A DNA stretch of 64,000 nt from Macrostomum lignano. Its lineage: Eukaryota. A program made the position numbers and the translations under genes. Positions 1 to 13,556 of this stretch are shown piece by piece. The number at the start of each line of letters is the position of its first letter. Within the stretch, counting starts at the first letter, position 1. The notes under the pieces were generated by a model that did not search any database, had not been told where the DNA came from, and saw only the letters and a list, made by a program, of their open reading frames with translations. Location of the stretch: contig NIVC01000040.1 in NCBI GenBank assembly GCA_002269645.1, forward strand, positions 124,001-188,000, in the 5' to 3' direction.

Positions 1-39
1 TATAGCAAGATAAAATGTCAACATGCTTTTGGCAAAAAC

Positions 40-480
40 ACGTGCCATTTCTAAAATGAACTGTGCCATTTCTAAAATGAACTGTGCCATTTCTAAACTG
101 ACTGTGCCATTTCTAAACTGACTGTGCCATTTCTAAACTGACTGTGCCATTTCTAAACTGACTGTGCCATTTCTAAACTGACTGTGCCATTTCTAAACTG
201 ACTGTGCCATTTCTAAACTGAACTGTGCCATTTCTAAACTGACTGTGCCATTTCTAAACTGACTGTGCCATTTCTAAACTGACTGTGCCATTTCTAAACT
301 GACTGTGCCATTTCTAAACTGACTGTGCCATTTCTAAACTGACTGTGCCATTTCTAAACTGACTGTGCTATTTCTAAACTGAACTGTGCCATTTCTAAAC
401 TGACTGTGCCATTTCTAAACTGACTGTGCCATTTCTAAACTGACTGTGCCATTTCTAAACTGACTGCCATTTCTAAACTT
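40..480. repeat. 20-bp minisatellite (ACTGTGCCATTTCTAAACTG)n in the intron after the CD36-like exon
   Basis: About 21 near-identical tandem units, degenerating towards ~535. Confidence 0.95.
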
Positions 481-577
481 AAGATGCCATTTTAAAACTG
501 ACGCTGGCCTTCTCTAACTGACTTGCTATTCTCAAAGCAAACAATAGTAACAGTCAGACTAAAAGCAGGTAACTCAC

Positions 578-1330
578 CTGCCCAGTGAATATCAGATACT
601 CTCCATCGTCACTGCCATTTTTACCATAGAACAATCCAATTGTAGGATTGATCTTGTACTTAACAATTTTAGCAATTTCTGCACCAAATTTCAGCGTGGG
701 ATCATCGTAGCCCCAAAGAATCTCTTTAACCGACCGGTGCATCACTGGTGGATTATGAGTCGATTTAAACAAATCGTCAGCCAGCAGCTGCAGTATTGAC
801 GAACTGTAGCGTAGCATGTTGGTAAGAGTGAAATAAGCCAGGTTAGCAATGGACAGTTCGGTTTCCTCTGGACAGCAGGACAAGTCCGGTCGGAAGTGAA
901 AGGATCGATATTCTTTATAGGCAATGGTAGAGTTCGAATAGGCAGTTATGTTGCCTTTATTACGCTGCTCTTCGTAGGTGAACGGACCAATCTGTTCAAC
1001 TGCCGGCTTGGCCCCGTTAAGAAATTCAACACCATTGGTGAGGTTGAACAGCCAGAACTGCATGTAGATTGGCGTTGAGTCGCTGGGCGACTCCCATGTA
1101 CTGTACGTGACGCTACCATTGGCAATGGGCAGCATTGTAGCAATGAGATTGCGGAACACAACAGGGAAAGCAACAGCGACAGTGATTGACAGGCAGATTA
1201 GAGCGAAACCAAAACCGATGCCGCTGCCCAGAGCGCAGCGGGACTTAGTACAGCGTGTACTTTTCTGACCGCCGACACCATCGGGTGGAGTCAAATAATC
1301 TCGATCTGTGTGACCCACGTCCTGCGACAT
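578..1330 (-). CDS. First coding exon of a CD36/SCARB/LIMP-2 family scavenger receptor; the gene continues off the left edge
   Basis: ATG at 1330 (MSQDVGH...), N-terminal TM (GIGFGFALICLSITVAVAFPVVF), and CD36-family segments PIYMQFWLFNLTN, EQIGPFTYEEQRNK, GYDDPTL and NGSDDGEYLIFTG. Donor CAG|GTGAGT at 578/577. Confidence 0.92.
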
Positions 1331-1446
1331 TGTGTGGCAGTGGGCAGCGTAGAATATCGTATGCAATTACATAAAACACAATGAACCCAACAAAATAAAA
1401 TTATTTATTAATTATCTGTGTGTCTTGAGGGAGTCGGCCTTCACAG

Positions 1447-2375
1447 GGGCCCGTGCTATAGAATACTCTTAACTCCTAAATCCTTAAGAGTGTCCTAACT
1501 CCTAGCTCTTAGCTGGCTTTTCTGTGCTATAGAATCAAGAGTAAATTTTAAGAGCTAGGAGGCTCCTTAAGGACGTTAGGAGACTCCTGGGTGAATTTAG
1601 GAGAACTCATTAAGGTCCGTGGCATGCTATAGAATTAGGAGAGGAAGTCTAGGAGCTAGGAGCTAGGAGCTGGCTTTTATGAGTCATTCTAGGAGCGTGT
1701 GTCCTATAGAATGAGAAAATTTCGCTCCTAACTCTTGACTCCTAAGCAAGAGTTCAAGGGCCAATTTTCACTCTTAGACAGGATTATAATGTTTTCGGAC
1801 AGCGAATCGGATTCTGATGAGGAAGGAGTCAATGATAGACGCCGTCGACAATTTAAGGCAAGAATTAATATTTTTGAATAAGATACAGCCGAGAGTGCTA
1901 TGCGTTTTAGACTTAACGATATCCAGCTTTCAAGCCTAACAGATAGAATTCGACACAGAATCGAACATCCAACATCAAATTCCAACATTCTAATATCACG
2001 TCTTGCCACATAGCAATCTTCGCATTCTTAGTTATGGTTGTACTAAACGCACCAAAGAGAACCTCTTTGCGTGCAGCGACGGCTCTCACAAATGATATTT
2101 TTTGAGCAATTTGCATTTTCACTCCTGAGATTCAATCCTTAAGGACCGTAAATTTAGGATTGTGATATAGCACACAATTCTCTATCATCCTTAAACGATT
2201 GCGCAACACTCCTTGAACACACCCCCACTCCTAGGCTGCACTCCTTGCAAGAACTCCTAGCTCCTAACTCTTAACTCCTGAAATCTATAGCACACAAAAT
2301 TCAATCACTCCTTGTCAAGAGTACTCTTGAGTCCTAGCTCCTAACTCCTAACTCCTGATTCTATAGCACGGGCCC
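1447..2375. mobile_element. Non-autonomous PIF/Harbinger element (internal deletion derivative), 929 bp
   Basis: Perfect 18-bp TIR GGGCCCGTGCTATAGAAT and 3-bp TSD CAG (1444-1446 / 2376-2378). Relic transposase N-terminus on + (1789-~1980, one stop) and relic Myb/SANT-like ORF on - (2122-~1985). Confidence 0.88.
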
Positions 2376-3771
2376 CAGGTGTTAATTGCACGACAAATTT
2401 AATTTGGCCGCGCACGGACTCAAACCGGAGGATTGTTGACGCAGCAAGTCAAGCGCGCCGAGAGGAATTGGGGTGGTGGGGCCTCCAACTAGCGCGGAGG
2501 GGTAGAGAAATCAGGGCAGATGTACAAGGGACTCCTTTAAGCTTAAAAATGTACATTTGCGTCCCAGCGGTGGGGGTGGGGGAGGGTGCAGATGTACACA
2601 AGGACGACTTAAGTAGGTGTTTCGTTTCTTGGAAAATAATTGGAGGCTAAAGGGAACTAGGAGAACTAGAGAGAGAATGCAAGGCAAGTGCATTATTCGC
2701 GCGAAATCTGCGTTCATCAATCAAAATATCTATTTTCCCAAGAAAGAAGTTCTATACACGGATACTAGATGGGCCGCTCAACAAATATGCTTGTAAGCTA
2801 CTTTCAGTTCGATAGTAAGTTTAACAGAAGCATTTTAATGCACTGTTAAAGACAAGGCTCATTGCTTGGGCTTCAAAACTTATCAAAGTCATTTCAGCTG
2901 CCGTTATTTTTATAAAATAGCTTATGTATTCTTCTTTGCTACTGAACCGAAAGTAGAAAGCTGTTTTATTATGTATTTATGCCTGAGTGGCGCATCCCAG
3001 TTATTCTAGCATATTCTCTAATATAAAAACTCGAATCGAAGTGTCTTAAAATGACAATATTTTTTTCTTCTAACACCTAATTAAGATTAAAATTTTTAAG
3101 ATAAAAAATCCAATATACTGTTTTGTATTCCAAAAATGTTTATTGATCCAAAAAAGACAGGACCAGACAGTTAAGCCAGTTTATATATCCGGCAATATTG
3201 CCAAAAAAGGTACGCGCAAGACAAAACGCAAACAGTTTAATAGAATTTACTGAAAAGGCCAAAATTTTCGTAACTAATTACATTATACTTATAAATAATG
3301 CTTAAACTTAAACTAATCTGAAAATGTGGCACAAAATGATCTGATAGACAGTTAACACTACTATAAGTAGACCATGTGGAAGAAAAACCAAAGAAAAGAT
3401 AATTAAAACTGAAGTGAACTGGGAGTATTGAGACAAAAATGCGTAGAAAAACAAAAACAAAAAAACAATAATATTTTGGCATGCCAAACGCTTGAACCAG
3501 TGGATGTTCGCATGCTTATTGCACTAAAACTTTTCTATTTTTCTCTTTATACACGCTTTTTTTGCACAGCAGAAGCATTAAAAGTTGCAAAAAATGAGGA
3601 GAGTCAGTGCATTGTCTTCAAACACGATAAATATTTACTAAGATTATATTTCTATGGTAATATCCATAGAGTAAAACTTGCATTACATAGCATACAATTA
3701 AATTTAAAATGAAAAAACTAAATGGCTGGGAACATGGATTGACGCTGCGAGTGGGAGAACAAAGTGGCCGG

Positions 3772-4597
3772 AGTAGAGAGTGGAGAGGGTAGAGAGTGCA
3801 AGCGGGAGATAGAGAGTGCAAGCGGGAGATAGAGAGTGCAAGCGGGAGATAGAGTGGAAGCGGGAGATAGAGAGTGGAAGCGAGAGATAGAGAGTGGAAG
3901 TGGGAGATAGAGAGTGGAAGCGGGAGATAGAGAGTGGAAGCGGGAGATAGAGAGTGCAAGCGGGAGATAGAGAGTGCAAGCGGGAGATAGAGAGTGGAAG
4001 CGGGAGATAGAGTGGAAGCGGGAGATAGAGAGTGCAAGCGGGAGATAGAGAGTGCAAGCGGGAGATAGAGAGTGGAAGTGGGAGATAGAGAGTGGAAGCG
4101 GGAGATAGAGAGTGGAAGCGAGAGATAGAGAGTGGAAGTGGGAGATAGAGAGTGGAAGTGGGAGATAGAGAGTGGAAGTGGGAGATAGAGAGTGGAAGCG
4201 GGAGATAGAGAGTGGAAGCGAGAGATAGAGAGTGGAAGTGGGAGATAGAGAGTGGAAGCGGGAGATAGAGAGTGGAAGCGGGAGATAGAGAGTGCAAGCG
4301 GGAGATAGAGAGTGCAAGCGGGAGATAGAGAGTGGAAGCGGGAGATAGAGTGGAAGCGGGAGATAGAGAGTGCAAGCGGGAGATAGAGAGTGCAAGCGGG
4401 AGATAGAGAGTGGAAGTGGGAGATAGAGAGTGGAAGCGGGAGATAGAGTGGAAGCGGGAGATAGAGAGTGGAAGCGGGAGATAGAGAGTGGATGCGGGAG
4501 ATAGAGAGTGGAAGCGGGAGATAGAGAGTGGAAGCGGGAGATAGAGAGTGGAAGCGGGAGATAGAGAGTGCAAGCGGGAGATAGAGAGTGGAAGCGG
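3772..4597. repeat. 20-bp purine-rich minisatellite (GGAGATAGAGAGTGGAAGCG)n
   Basis: About 40 tandem units; explains the ORFs at 3618-4700. Confidence 0.95.
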
Positions 4598-5170
4598 AGG
4601 GTAAAAAGCAGCGAAAAGAAGACAGGAAGCACAGAATAAAGAGTGGAAACTCAAGATAGATGAGAATCGAGTGAATAGATAGAAAGGAGATGGAGGCCAA
4701 ACAATCTTGGAAAATGACTAAATCAAATTCGCTCCGAAATTGTGTAGATTTATGGAAGACAGACGAATAAACAAGACTGTGAATATGAAGATATTAAGTA
4801 AATAATGATGATGAATTCGTTTGTTAACATTTGCTTTTCAACTACAAGAATAAATATGGCGCCTCAGCAGAATTGTATTAGCCGTATATTTATTTTCTAG
4901 TGTGTATAATAAATATGCATTATGGGGAGGCTGTGGTAGATGAGACAATTTATATAATCATCTAATGTTGCTAGATTATTACTATATAAATTTTAGAAAA
5001 AGCACACAAAACTAAAATAACAAGTAGCAATATTGTTTGGCAGCTGTGTTAGAGATATAAATCAATTTTTCTAGTTTTCTGTTAGCTAAAAAACACAACG
5101 AGCCGATGGAAGAAAAGGTAAAAAGAAAGCGACTAAATACATTCTTATTAATTTTTTTGTTTTATTATTA

Positions 5171-8100
5171 CTAAACCAAACTGCCGTGCACCCGAAACCG
5201 GTATAGGCAGGTGTGCTCAGCTCCGTGATTGGAGCGGATCACGAGCTCAACAGCTGGATAGACTCTATCGCGATGAGGACTATCGGCCGGAATGGCGAAG
5301 GTCTGGCTAGACGGTCCCTTATCGGCATCATAGGAAAAATCGCCCAGCAACTGAGCCTCCTGAAATGAGTCCTGCTCGTTAACCAGACCGTAGATTGAGA
5401 AATTCTTTGGCGCGCTGTCTGCCGACCCGTTGTAGGTCAGGCTGCGCGGTACGTGATCAATGGTCACGTGACTGACGCGGGCGGGCGCGGCCAGGCGGAC
5501 AATCACGTGACCGGGGAAGCCTAAGAATGGCCAGCACTCGCCCAGCTGCAGGCCAGGCTGTAGGGCAACGTTGGGCCCATTTGAATAGGAGAATACAGGC
5601 ACGCCGAACAGGTGGAAATAGGATCGTTTAACTGTATAGGCCTTGGTGCACCGGATGCTGACAACATAGCCGCCGGCTGTGTGCAAAGCAAAATCTGCCA
5701 GTTCATCGGCTGGCGATTGGCATCGGGCCGATTTAGAATCTAACAAGCCACTCATACTACTGCTGCCAGTAGAAATGGAAGCTTGAACAGATTCCAATCG
5801 ATTAAGACGAGTTTGAAATTCTAGCACCGATTTTCGCAGCTCTTCAATATCTGCTAATTGTTTTTGCTGCTCTTGCTGTTGTTTAAAATCGGAATCTTTC
5901 CTAGTAAATAATTCGGCATTCGATTCAGACAATAATTGTACACGATTCCACACTGTGATGAAATATCTCCGATGCTGATTGGCTAGTCTGCTTAGATCGG
6001 CGCGCAGGCTGGCTAGCTCTAAGCGCCTGGCGGACTCTGATTGGTTGACAGCAGCCACAGCGGCGGCTGAGGCGGCGGCGGCTGCGTCAACTGTAGCCGC
6101 TGTCTCATCCGATTGGCGACTCAAACGCTGAGCAATGGAGTCAACCTGGGAGGTGACGCTGGCCAATTTTGACGATACAGAAGCTGACAGAGCTTCGGTA
6201 GAATCAGCTGAACGAGCGGCGGCCGACTGCTCAACTGCTAGCTTAAACGAAGCAGACAATTTCTCAGTGGATGCTTCCGTATTGGCAAAGCGCAGCTCCA
6301 ACTGTTTGAGCTGGTTAGCAAGAGTCTGCACAGTTTCAGCGGAGGCTACATCAACTGCAGCGGCAGTAGTGGTAGCCGCAGCGGCAGCAGCAGCAGCTTC
6401 AAGACGTTGCTGTTGAAGATCAGCTACAGCGGTGCGCAGACCGGACACCTGCAGTTCCAGAGCTGACAGATCAACGCCGCCACAGCAGCCAGGACTGGCG
6501 GCAGCGCCAGTCTCACTAGCAGGAGTCGGCGATGGCAGCGGCGTAGCTGACGAAGGAATCTTCGACTCTGTCGATAAATTAGTAGCTGGCCAAGTTGGCA
6601 CCAAGCTAGCAGCCATGGTTGCTATAGCAACGAAACTATCGCGTAACCATAGCAACAGGCAGTTAGAAGCGGAGTTGGCAACATGCCAAGCTTGGCTAGA
6701 AAACTTGGCAACAGACTTGCTAGCGGATGAGACAGACTCTCGGATTGCTGCCCGACTGACTGGAGGCGACAGTTTTGAGTAGTACCCAGAACTAGTCGGC
6801 ACCAGCCAAAGCAGAAGACCAATTACAATCAGCAGCAATAGCAGAAGCAAGACAAGAAAGCACAAGCAGGAGAAGCGCCTGTTGCGGCTTGGACTAATCA
6901 AAACAAAACTGCGATAGGTTCTTTCTCGAGTAGTTAGCACCAAGGTTCGAACTGCGGACGCAGAGTACTGCAGGACCCAACCAGCTATGGACTTAGTAGA
7001 GGCAGTGGCTACAACAGTCGCCCTGTTGGCGTACCTCAGCATGGAAGCAACAGAACCGACTGTCATAGCGAACCCATTGGCGAATCCGCGCCTAATACCG
7101 CCGCCAACTTGACCAATACCCGTTGCCAGTCTGCAGCTAGCAGCGCGTGCCGAATTTAATAACAGCGCAATTCCACTGGTTACTATGGCAACCGTATGCT
7201 TTGCTGTGTTTGATAATTTGTTAGCAGTACGATTCAAAGTCAGCTTAGCAAAATAATAGATCGCGCCAAGTAACCATAGCAACGGGTGAGTCGCGCGTCT
7301 AATTAGACTTTTCCTTCTCGCTCTGGTTTCCATGGCAACGCCACCCGCAGCGTCCTCGGCGGCAGCGGAGGCCAGCTGGTCACTAAAAGCAGGCATTAAA
7401 TTGTCTTTAGTGCCGAGGCGAGCTTCAATAGACCCTTTCTCCATAACCAGATCGTCCGCATCGCTGAGCTGCGCTTCATCAATATCTCTTTCATCCTCAG
7501 CTTCCACTGTCTGTCGCTTGTTGCTGTTATTACTATTGCTGCTCCACAACAAGGAACTGAAACCGCCGCTTAACATTCGTCTAAAACTGCCAATTTTGCT
7601 GCTGCTTTCAGAAGCAACCAACTGCTGGTCGACATCTTCTTCTTGAAGTTCTTCGTCTTCCTCTTCTTGGCTGCTTCTGTTGCTATTATTGTTGCTAAAG
7701 CTTAGCCGCGATCGCAGGCCAACGAATCCACTATTTCTGACACTGCCGCTAGCGCTAGTTCCGCTTCTTACTACTCGCCTAGTAGTATAAGTAGTAGTAG
7801 TAGTAGTTCTAGTAGACGTAGTAGTCAAGGAGCCGCTTGCAGCGCTCTCTACTATGCGTCGATTTCGATAGCCACGAAGATTTCCAACGCTGCCAACAGC
7901 AGCCACGGCGGCAGGGGCGTCTGTTATGGACGACGATACGGTGGACAGCGTCGGGGACAGAGACGAGGGCGTCGCCGTCTGGCTTGGAGCGGCATGGTCA
8001 TGCTGATGACCCCCTGATCGGCGGGATAGAGACGAGCGCACCTGTGGAGTTATGTTTATGAGGCATATTTATGGCAGAGCGCTAGACCGATGACTAATGA

Positions 8101-9417
8101 GTCTTCAGGTTATATGGACCTGTGGGACACATTCCACATGATGGGCAAGACACATTCCACGTGATGTAAAAGACACATTCCACGTGATGTAAAAGACACA
8201 TTCCACATGATTAATGAAAGACAAGACACATTAGACATGATGGACAAGAAATTTTACATGATGGACAATAAATTTTACATGATGGACAAGACACATTCCA
8301 CATGATTGACAAGACACATTCCATGTGATGGGCAAGACACATTCCACGTGATGTAAAAGACACATTCCACATGATTAATGAAAGACAAGACACATTAGAC
8401 ATGGACAAGAAATTTTACATGATGGACAATAAATTTTACATGATGGACAAGACACATTCCACATGATTGACAAGACACATTCCACATGATTGACAAGACA
8501 CATTCCACATGATTGACAAGACACATTCCATGTGATGGGCAAGACACATTCCACGTGATGTAAAAGACACATTCCACATGATTAATGAAAGACAAGACAC
8601 ATTAGACATGATGGACAAGAAATTTTACATGATGGATAAGAAATTTTACATGATGGACAAGACACATTCCATGTGATGGGCAAGACACATTCCACGTGAT
8701 GTAAAAGACACATTTCACATGATTAATGAAAGACAAGACACATTAGACATGATGGACAAGAAATTTTACATGATGGATAAGAAATTTTACATGATGGACA
8801 AGACACATTCCACATGATTGACAAGACACATTCCATGTGATGGACAAGAAACATTCCACATGATGGACAGGACACACTCCACATGATGGACAGGACACAC
8901 TCCACATGATGGACAGGACACACTCCACATGATGGACAGGACACACTCCACATGATGGACAGGACACACTCCACATGATGGACAGGACACACTCCACATG
9001 ATGGACAGGACACACTCCACATGATGGACAAGACACATTCCACATGATGGACAGGACACACTCCACATGATGGACAGGACACACTCCACATGATGGACAG
9101 GACACACTCCACATGATGGACAGGACACACTCCACATGATGGACAGGACACACTCCACATGATGGACAGGACACACTCCACATGATGGATAGGACACACT
9201 CCACATGATGGATAGGACAACATTTCACATGATGGACAGGAAACATTCTAGATAATACACAGCAATGATTTACCTGACATTCCACGTGACCGCAATGCTT
9301 GCCACCTTGGCGGCGGCACTCAGACCTCAGCAGACGATCCGACGGCTCGGTGACCGAGGCTGCAGACGAGCGAACCGACAAAGGAGACGAGTGACGCGAA
9401 TCGCTACGCCGAGACAT
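5171..9417 (-). CDS. SUN1/SUN2: SUN-domain inner nuclear membrane protein (UNC-84/SUN1/SUN2 type), ~1004 aa, 2 coding exons (9417-9274, 8041-5171)
   Basis: C-terminal SUN domain (DFALHTAGG...PGLQLGECWPF...VTIDH...SAPKNF...NHGAEHTCLYRFRVHG), TM segment FLVLLLLLLLIVIGLLLWLV and Ala-rich coiled coil. The track's start at 8041 is a GTG directly after acceptor CTCCACAG. Upstream exon MSRRSDS...VECQ ends at a phase-0 donor CAG|GTAAAT and joins in frame. Confidence 0.93.
8122..9245. repeat. 23-bp minisatellite with higher-order blocks (ACATGATGGACAGGACACACTCC)n filling the SUN intron
   Basis: Tandem units; explains the ORFs at 8211-9429. Confidence 0.95.
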
Positions 9418-10174
9418 TTTAGTCTTCAATTTTCTCCTACAGCCTTAGCTTCGCTAAATAACTTGCTGCTCTTTGCGGGCAACAGAATCTGCAATATTAC
9501 AGTTGAAAGTGATGAACTTGAGTTTACTAGAATGCAAATTTGTCCCATAGACAAAGTGGCACAAGCCAGCTGAGTTTATTGCCGCTCAGAGCTCAATTGA
9601 AAGAAAATGAGAATGCATCAGAGAGCACAAAACCTTATTTATATACATAGTGCCTCCCAGCTACATTTATGCCTACCCTGAGGCGCATTTCTATCTTCCA
9701 TTCAAAAAATGACTAACATTTAAATGTAACCCGCCCTGACCCCAACCCTCCTCCTGCTTAGAGGCAGTTTTCGGCAGTAAAAAGGAGAAATGCATTCATA
9801 TTCTTCTGTACCTGGCTATTTAGCCATAGTCACTCTGTTCGCAAAACATTGCCGAAGAAACTCAGTTTGAGAAACTAAACTTTTTCTTGCCCCTGTCTCT
9901 TGGCCTCTTGAATTCCTTACCGTCTTTTCTCTTCTCGGTTTTTTTCAAGCTTGAGCTGTTCTGTTTACAAGTGGAAAGCCAACAGCTTCAGCATGATAAA
10001 TGCACTTTCAAATCTCAAGACCTAATTTTTAATGATTTTCTCTGTAAAAGAATGTTTCGAATCGGAGGCTCGTGAGTACAATAGTACATTTACACTCCAG
10101 AAGTTTGGGTAATAGAAATTTTTGACGGCGTAATGGGCGGTTCTCGGCTGTAATTTATGGGGGATTCCAGACGA

Positions 10175-10965
10175 TGTAATGGGGCGATTCTGAGTGTAAC
10201 AGGGGAGGTGTATCTTGACGATGTAATGAGGCGATTATTGAGTGTAACAGGGAGGGGGGGGGGTATCTTCACGATGTAATGGGATGATTCTTGATGGTGT
10301 AATGGGGGCGATTCTTGGCTGTGTAATGGGGGCGATTCTTGGCTGTGTAATGGGGGCGATTGTTGGTGGTGTAATGGGGGCGATTCTTGGCTGTGTAATG
10401 GAGAAATTCTTGGCTGTGTAATGGGGGCGATTCTTGGCTGTGTAATGGGGGCGATTCTTGGCTGTGTAATGGGGGCGATTCTTGGCTGTGTAATGGGGGC
10501 GATTCTTGGCTGTGTAATGGGGGCGATTCTTGGCTGTGTAATGGGGGCGATTCTTGACTGTGTAATGGGGCGATTCTTGACTGTGTAATGGGGCGATTCT
10601 TGACTGTGTAAGGGGGCGATTCTTGGCTGTGTAATGGGGCGATTCTTGACTGTGTAATGGGGCGATTCTTGACTGTGTAATGGGGCGATTCTTGACTGTG
10701 TAATGGGGCGATTCTTGACTGTGTAATGGGGCGATTCTTGACTGTGTAATGGGGGCGATTCTTGACTGTGTAAGGGGGCGATTCTTGGCTGTGTAAGGGG
10801 GCGATTCTTGGCTGTGTAATGGGGGCGATTCTTGGCTGTGTAACGGGGGCGATTCTTGGCTGTGTAATGGGGCGATTCATGGCGGTGTAAGGAGGGCGAT
10901 TCTTGGCTGTGTAATGGGGCGATTCTGAGCAGTGTATTGGGGCGATTCTTGGTGGTGTAATGGGG
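10175..10965. repeat. 23/24-bp minisatellite (TGTAATGGGGGCGATTCTTGGCTG)n
   Basis: About 30 tandem units. Confidence 0.95.
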
Positions 10966-13556
10966 AAATACAAATAAGAATTTACAAAACAAAAAAATTG
11001 AAATATTGTTATAAATGACTATATATAAGAGCAAGTTTTATTGCAAATCAAACAACCCTTTTATAAGCTAATTCTTGAGTGGTTTAATTTAGAAATACCC
11101 TGAGCTTGAAGCAAATGTTACTTATTTCAAAGCCAGGAGATCCTAAGAATGCTTCAAAGAGATTTATTAGAGTTGGTAGCCTATGCAAATATACAAAGAG
11201 TAGTGACATGACCCTCTAATCTCAATATTAACTAGATTAGAAATAATTTATATATCAAAAGGACTACTTAGACTATAATACATTAATGCTACTAGAATAT
11301 ATTAGAACTGCTACCAAAGTACATTAGAATGATACTAGAGCTGCTAACAGAAATGTATATTAAGCTGTGCTTTACAATCAATTCCTTGGAGGTAAATTTA
11401 TATTTTGAAAACCCAGTACAACAGGGCATTTGTAGGATTTTTTAGAATAGGACAAATAGCACTAATGCAATTTGAAGTTAAACTATAGCACAACATTGGT
11501 AGCTTAACATTGTAACATTTGAAAGCTTGTAGTTCCTATGTATCTTAGATTTTTGAAAAGTATTCTAATAGGGATATTAGTATCAATAATATGCCTATAA
11601 GCATAAGAAATAATAAACTGGTATAATTTCTAGCATGGCATATATTTTTCAGTATCTCTATATCATGGTACAATAAAATCATAAGGCCTTAATATAGTTA
11701 GGCTTAGTGTTCCACTGTAGCTATGGCTATAAGATCTCATGGCAAATATGGTAAAATAGGTGCCTATGGCAAATATGAATATGCCTATAGTAGATAGCTG
11801 CTCTTATGGCTACAACTATAAAAATATAATAGTTGTTGTCACATTCCATAGATTCCTGTAACCATAGTTAGTAATTAAAAAAATTAAAAAATATTAGAAA
11901 CAGGTAGAATAAAATAAGGGACTTTAGTAAACTGTATTATTGACTTAGAAACTTATAGATTATACCTAATAAAGTACAATAAAACACTAGCAAATTCTAA
12001 CTTTTATTAATATGAAAAAGTTTAGCATTAGTTATTTTCATAATGATTAAGTATTATTACTCTTTGTAAAAAGGATGAAATATAACCTTACAAAGGCAAT
12101 CTAGTGTTTATGTTATTTTCTACTTTAATTTGAAATTGTTTAAGCACTAAGTTATCTTGATTCAAAATATTTTGTTTCCTAGAATTTTTGTTAAAACTAT
12201 GGCTATAGCTATGGGAAATATGGGAATATAGTAATATTAGGGTCCCTATGGCTATGGAATATGGAGAATTGGAATAAGTTGTAGTTTTGCTTATGGCTAC
12301 AGCAATGGCACATGGACCCCCTTACAGCAAAACATTGGTTAGGCTAAATAAAATTAATAACTAGACCTACCTTAGTAGTTATACATGTGTAAAACCCATT
12401 CAACCTAGCTAGTATAGCTGGCTGGTAAGGGGCCCAACCAAGGTAAATTGCAAAAATGCCTATTAAAACAATATAGACATAGTACTTTCTAAGATGCTTT
12501 TTTTAAAGAAATGTTTATTTCTCAAAGATATACAATGCCTAATTTATTTCAATCAAACCCTAATATAGCCAAGGTATGAACTGTGCCAGTATCCCCTTTT
12601 CCTACATTAGATTACACTAGCATGCCAGATTATACCTACATTGTCAAGGCCAATCTATACCAGACACTGTTTGCAACAATAGCCATTAGTTACAATTACA
12701 ATTGGACAATCAAACACATTTTTGCTAAGTCATAATAAGCCTTAGTATAAAATAATTGCACTTCTTTTATACTTCTTTCACTTTAGGAAATTAGATAAAA
12801 AACTTGAACAAAGCAAATGTTAGGTTAGAGAGAATAGAATATACATATGCAACAGTTGGCCAAGTTGGCCAATCTGGCCAACTGATTTGGCGGCCAACCA
12901 AGGTAAGTTGCAAAAATGCCCATCCAAAAAAATACTGAAGTAGTACTAAATAGATAATGAGGCATTTTGCCTAAATAAGACAATCATAGTTACTGCTGCC
13001 ATTTATCCAAAGTTGCATTTTTTAGGGTTTCTTTTATATGTAAGTTGCATTTTTGGCCAAAAACTATGTCACATTTTTTGTTAAAACTAAGTCGCATGGC
13101 TGACCAAATTTTGGATGTTGCACATGTATGGAATAGAACTTTACGAGCATTTTAAGAAGAATTAATATTAGGTATAGTACTTTTTGGTATAGCTTGCCTT
13201 TCTCAAAAATTTTATAGATCTGCACCTAGTATAAAAGTAAAAAAATGCAGACTACTTTAAATAAATGTTGGTCAACTAATATTTTATCAAATAGTTGATA
13301 AAGTGATCATTTAGAGGGGTAACGGTATTTAAAGTTGACAAAATGAGTTTTTTTGGCAAGAGTAGCAACATTTGCAATTGATGAAGTAACCTTGTTTTTA
13401 ATTATAGTTACTTTGGTCTTAGCGCAAAATGTATATAGAGAATTGAGCTTATCATTTTAAATTAATGTGTTGCAATTGGCAATTGACAAAGCGACCATAT
13501 TTAGAGGTCTACTGATTGGCCAAATGATGAAGTGACTTAAAGGCAATGGCTCCTTA

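Noticed and set aside
6135-8061. Plus-strand ORFs opposite SUN, and similar shadow ORFs opposite DGK exons, pol and the methyltransferase
   Set aside because: Antisense shadows of GC-rich coding sequence.
9925-9970. Exon-like piece (EQLKLEKNREEKR) on the minus strand upstream of SUN
   Set aside because: It cannot be linked in frame to SUN or DGK with confidence, may be 5' UTR, and is not ankyrin-like.
12380-13100. Duplicated ~35-bp segments (CCAACCAAGGTAA(A/G)TTGCAAAAATGCC) in the AT-rich region
   Set aside because: Probably an old TE relic; I could not define a TIR/TSD pair.
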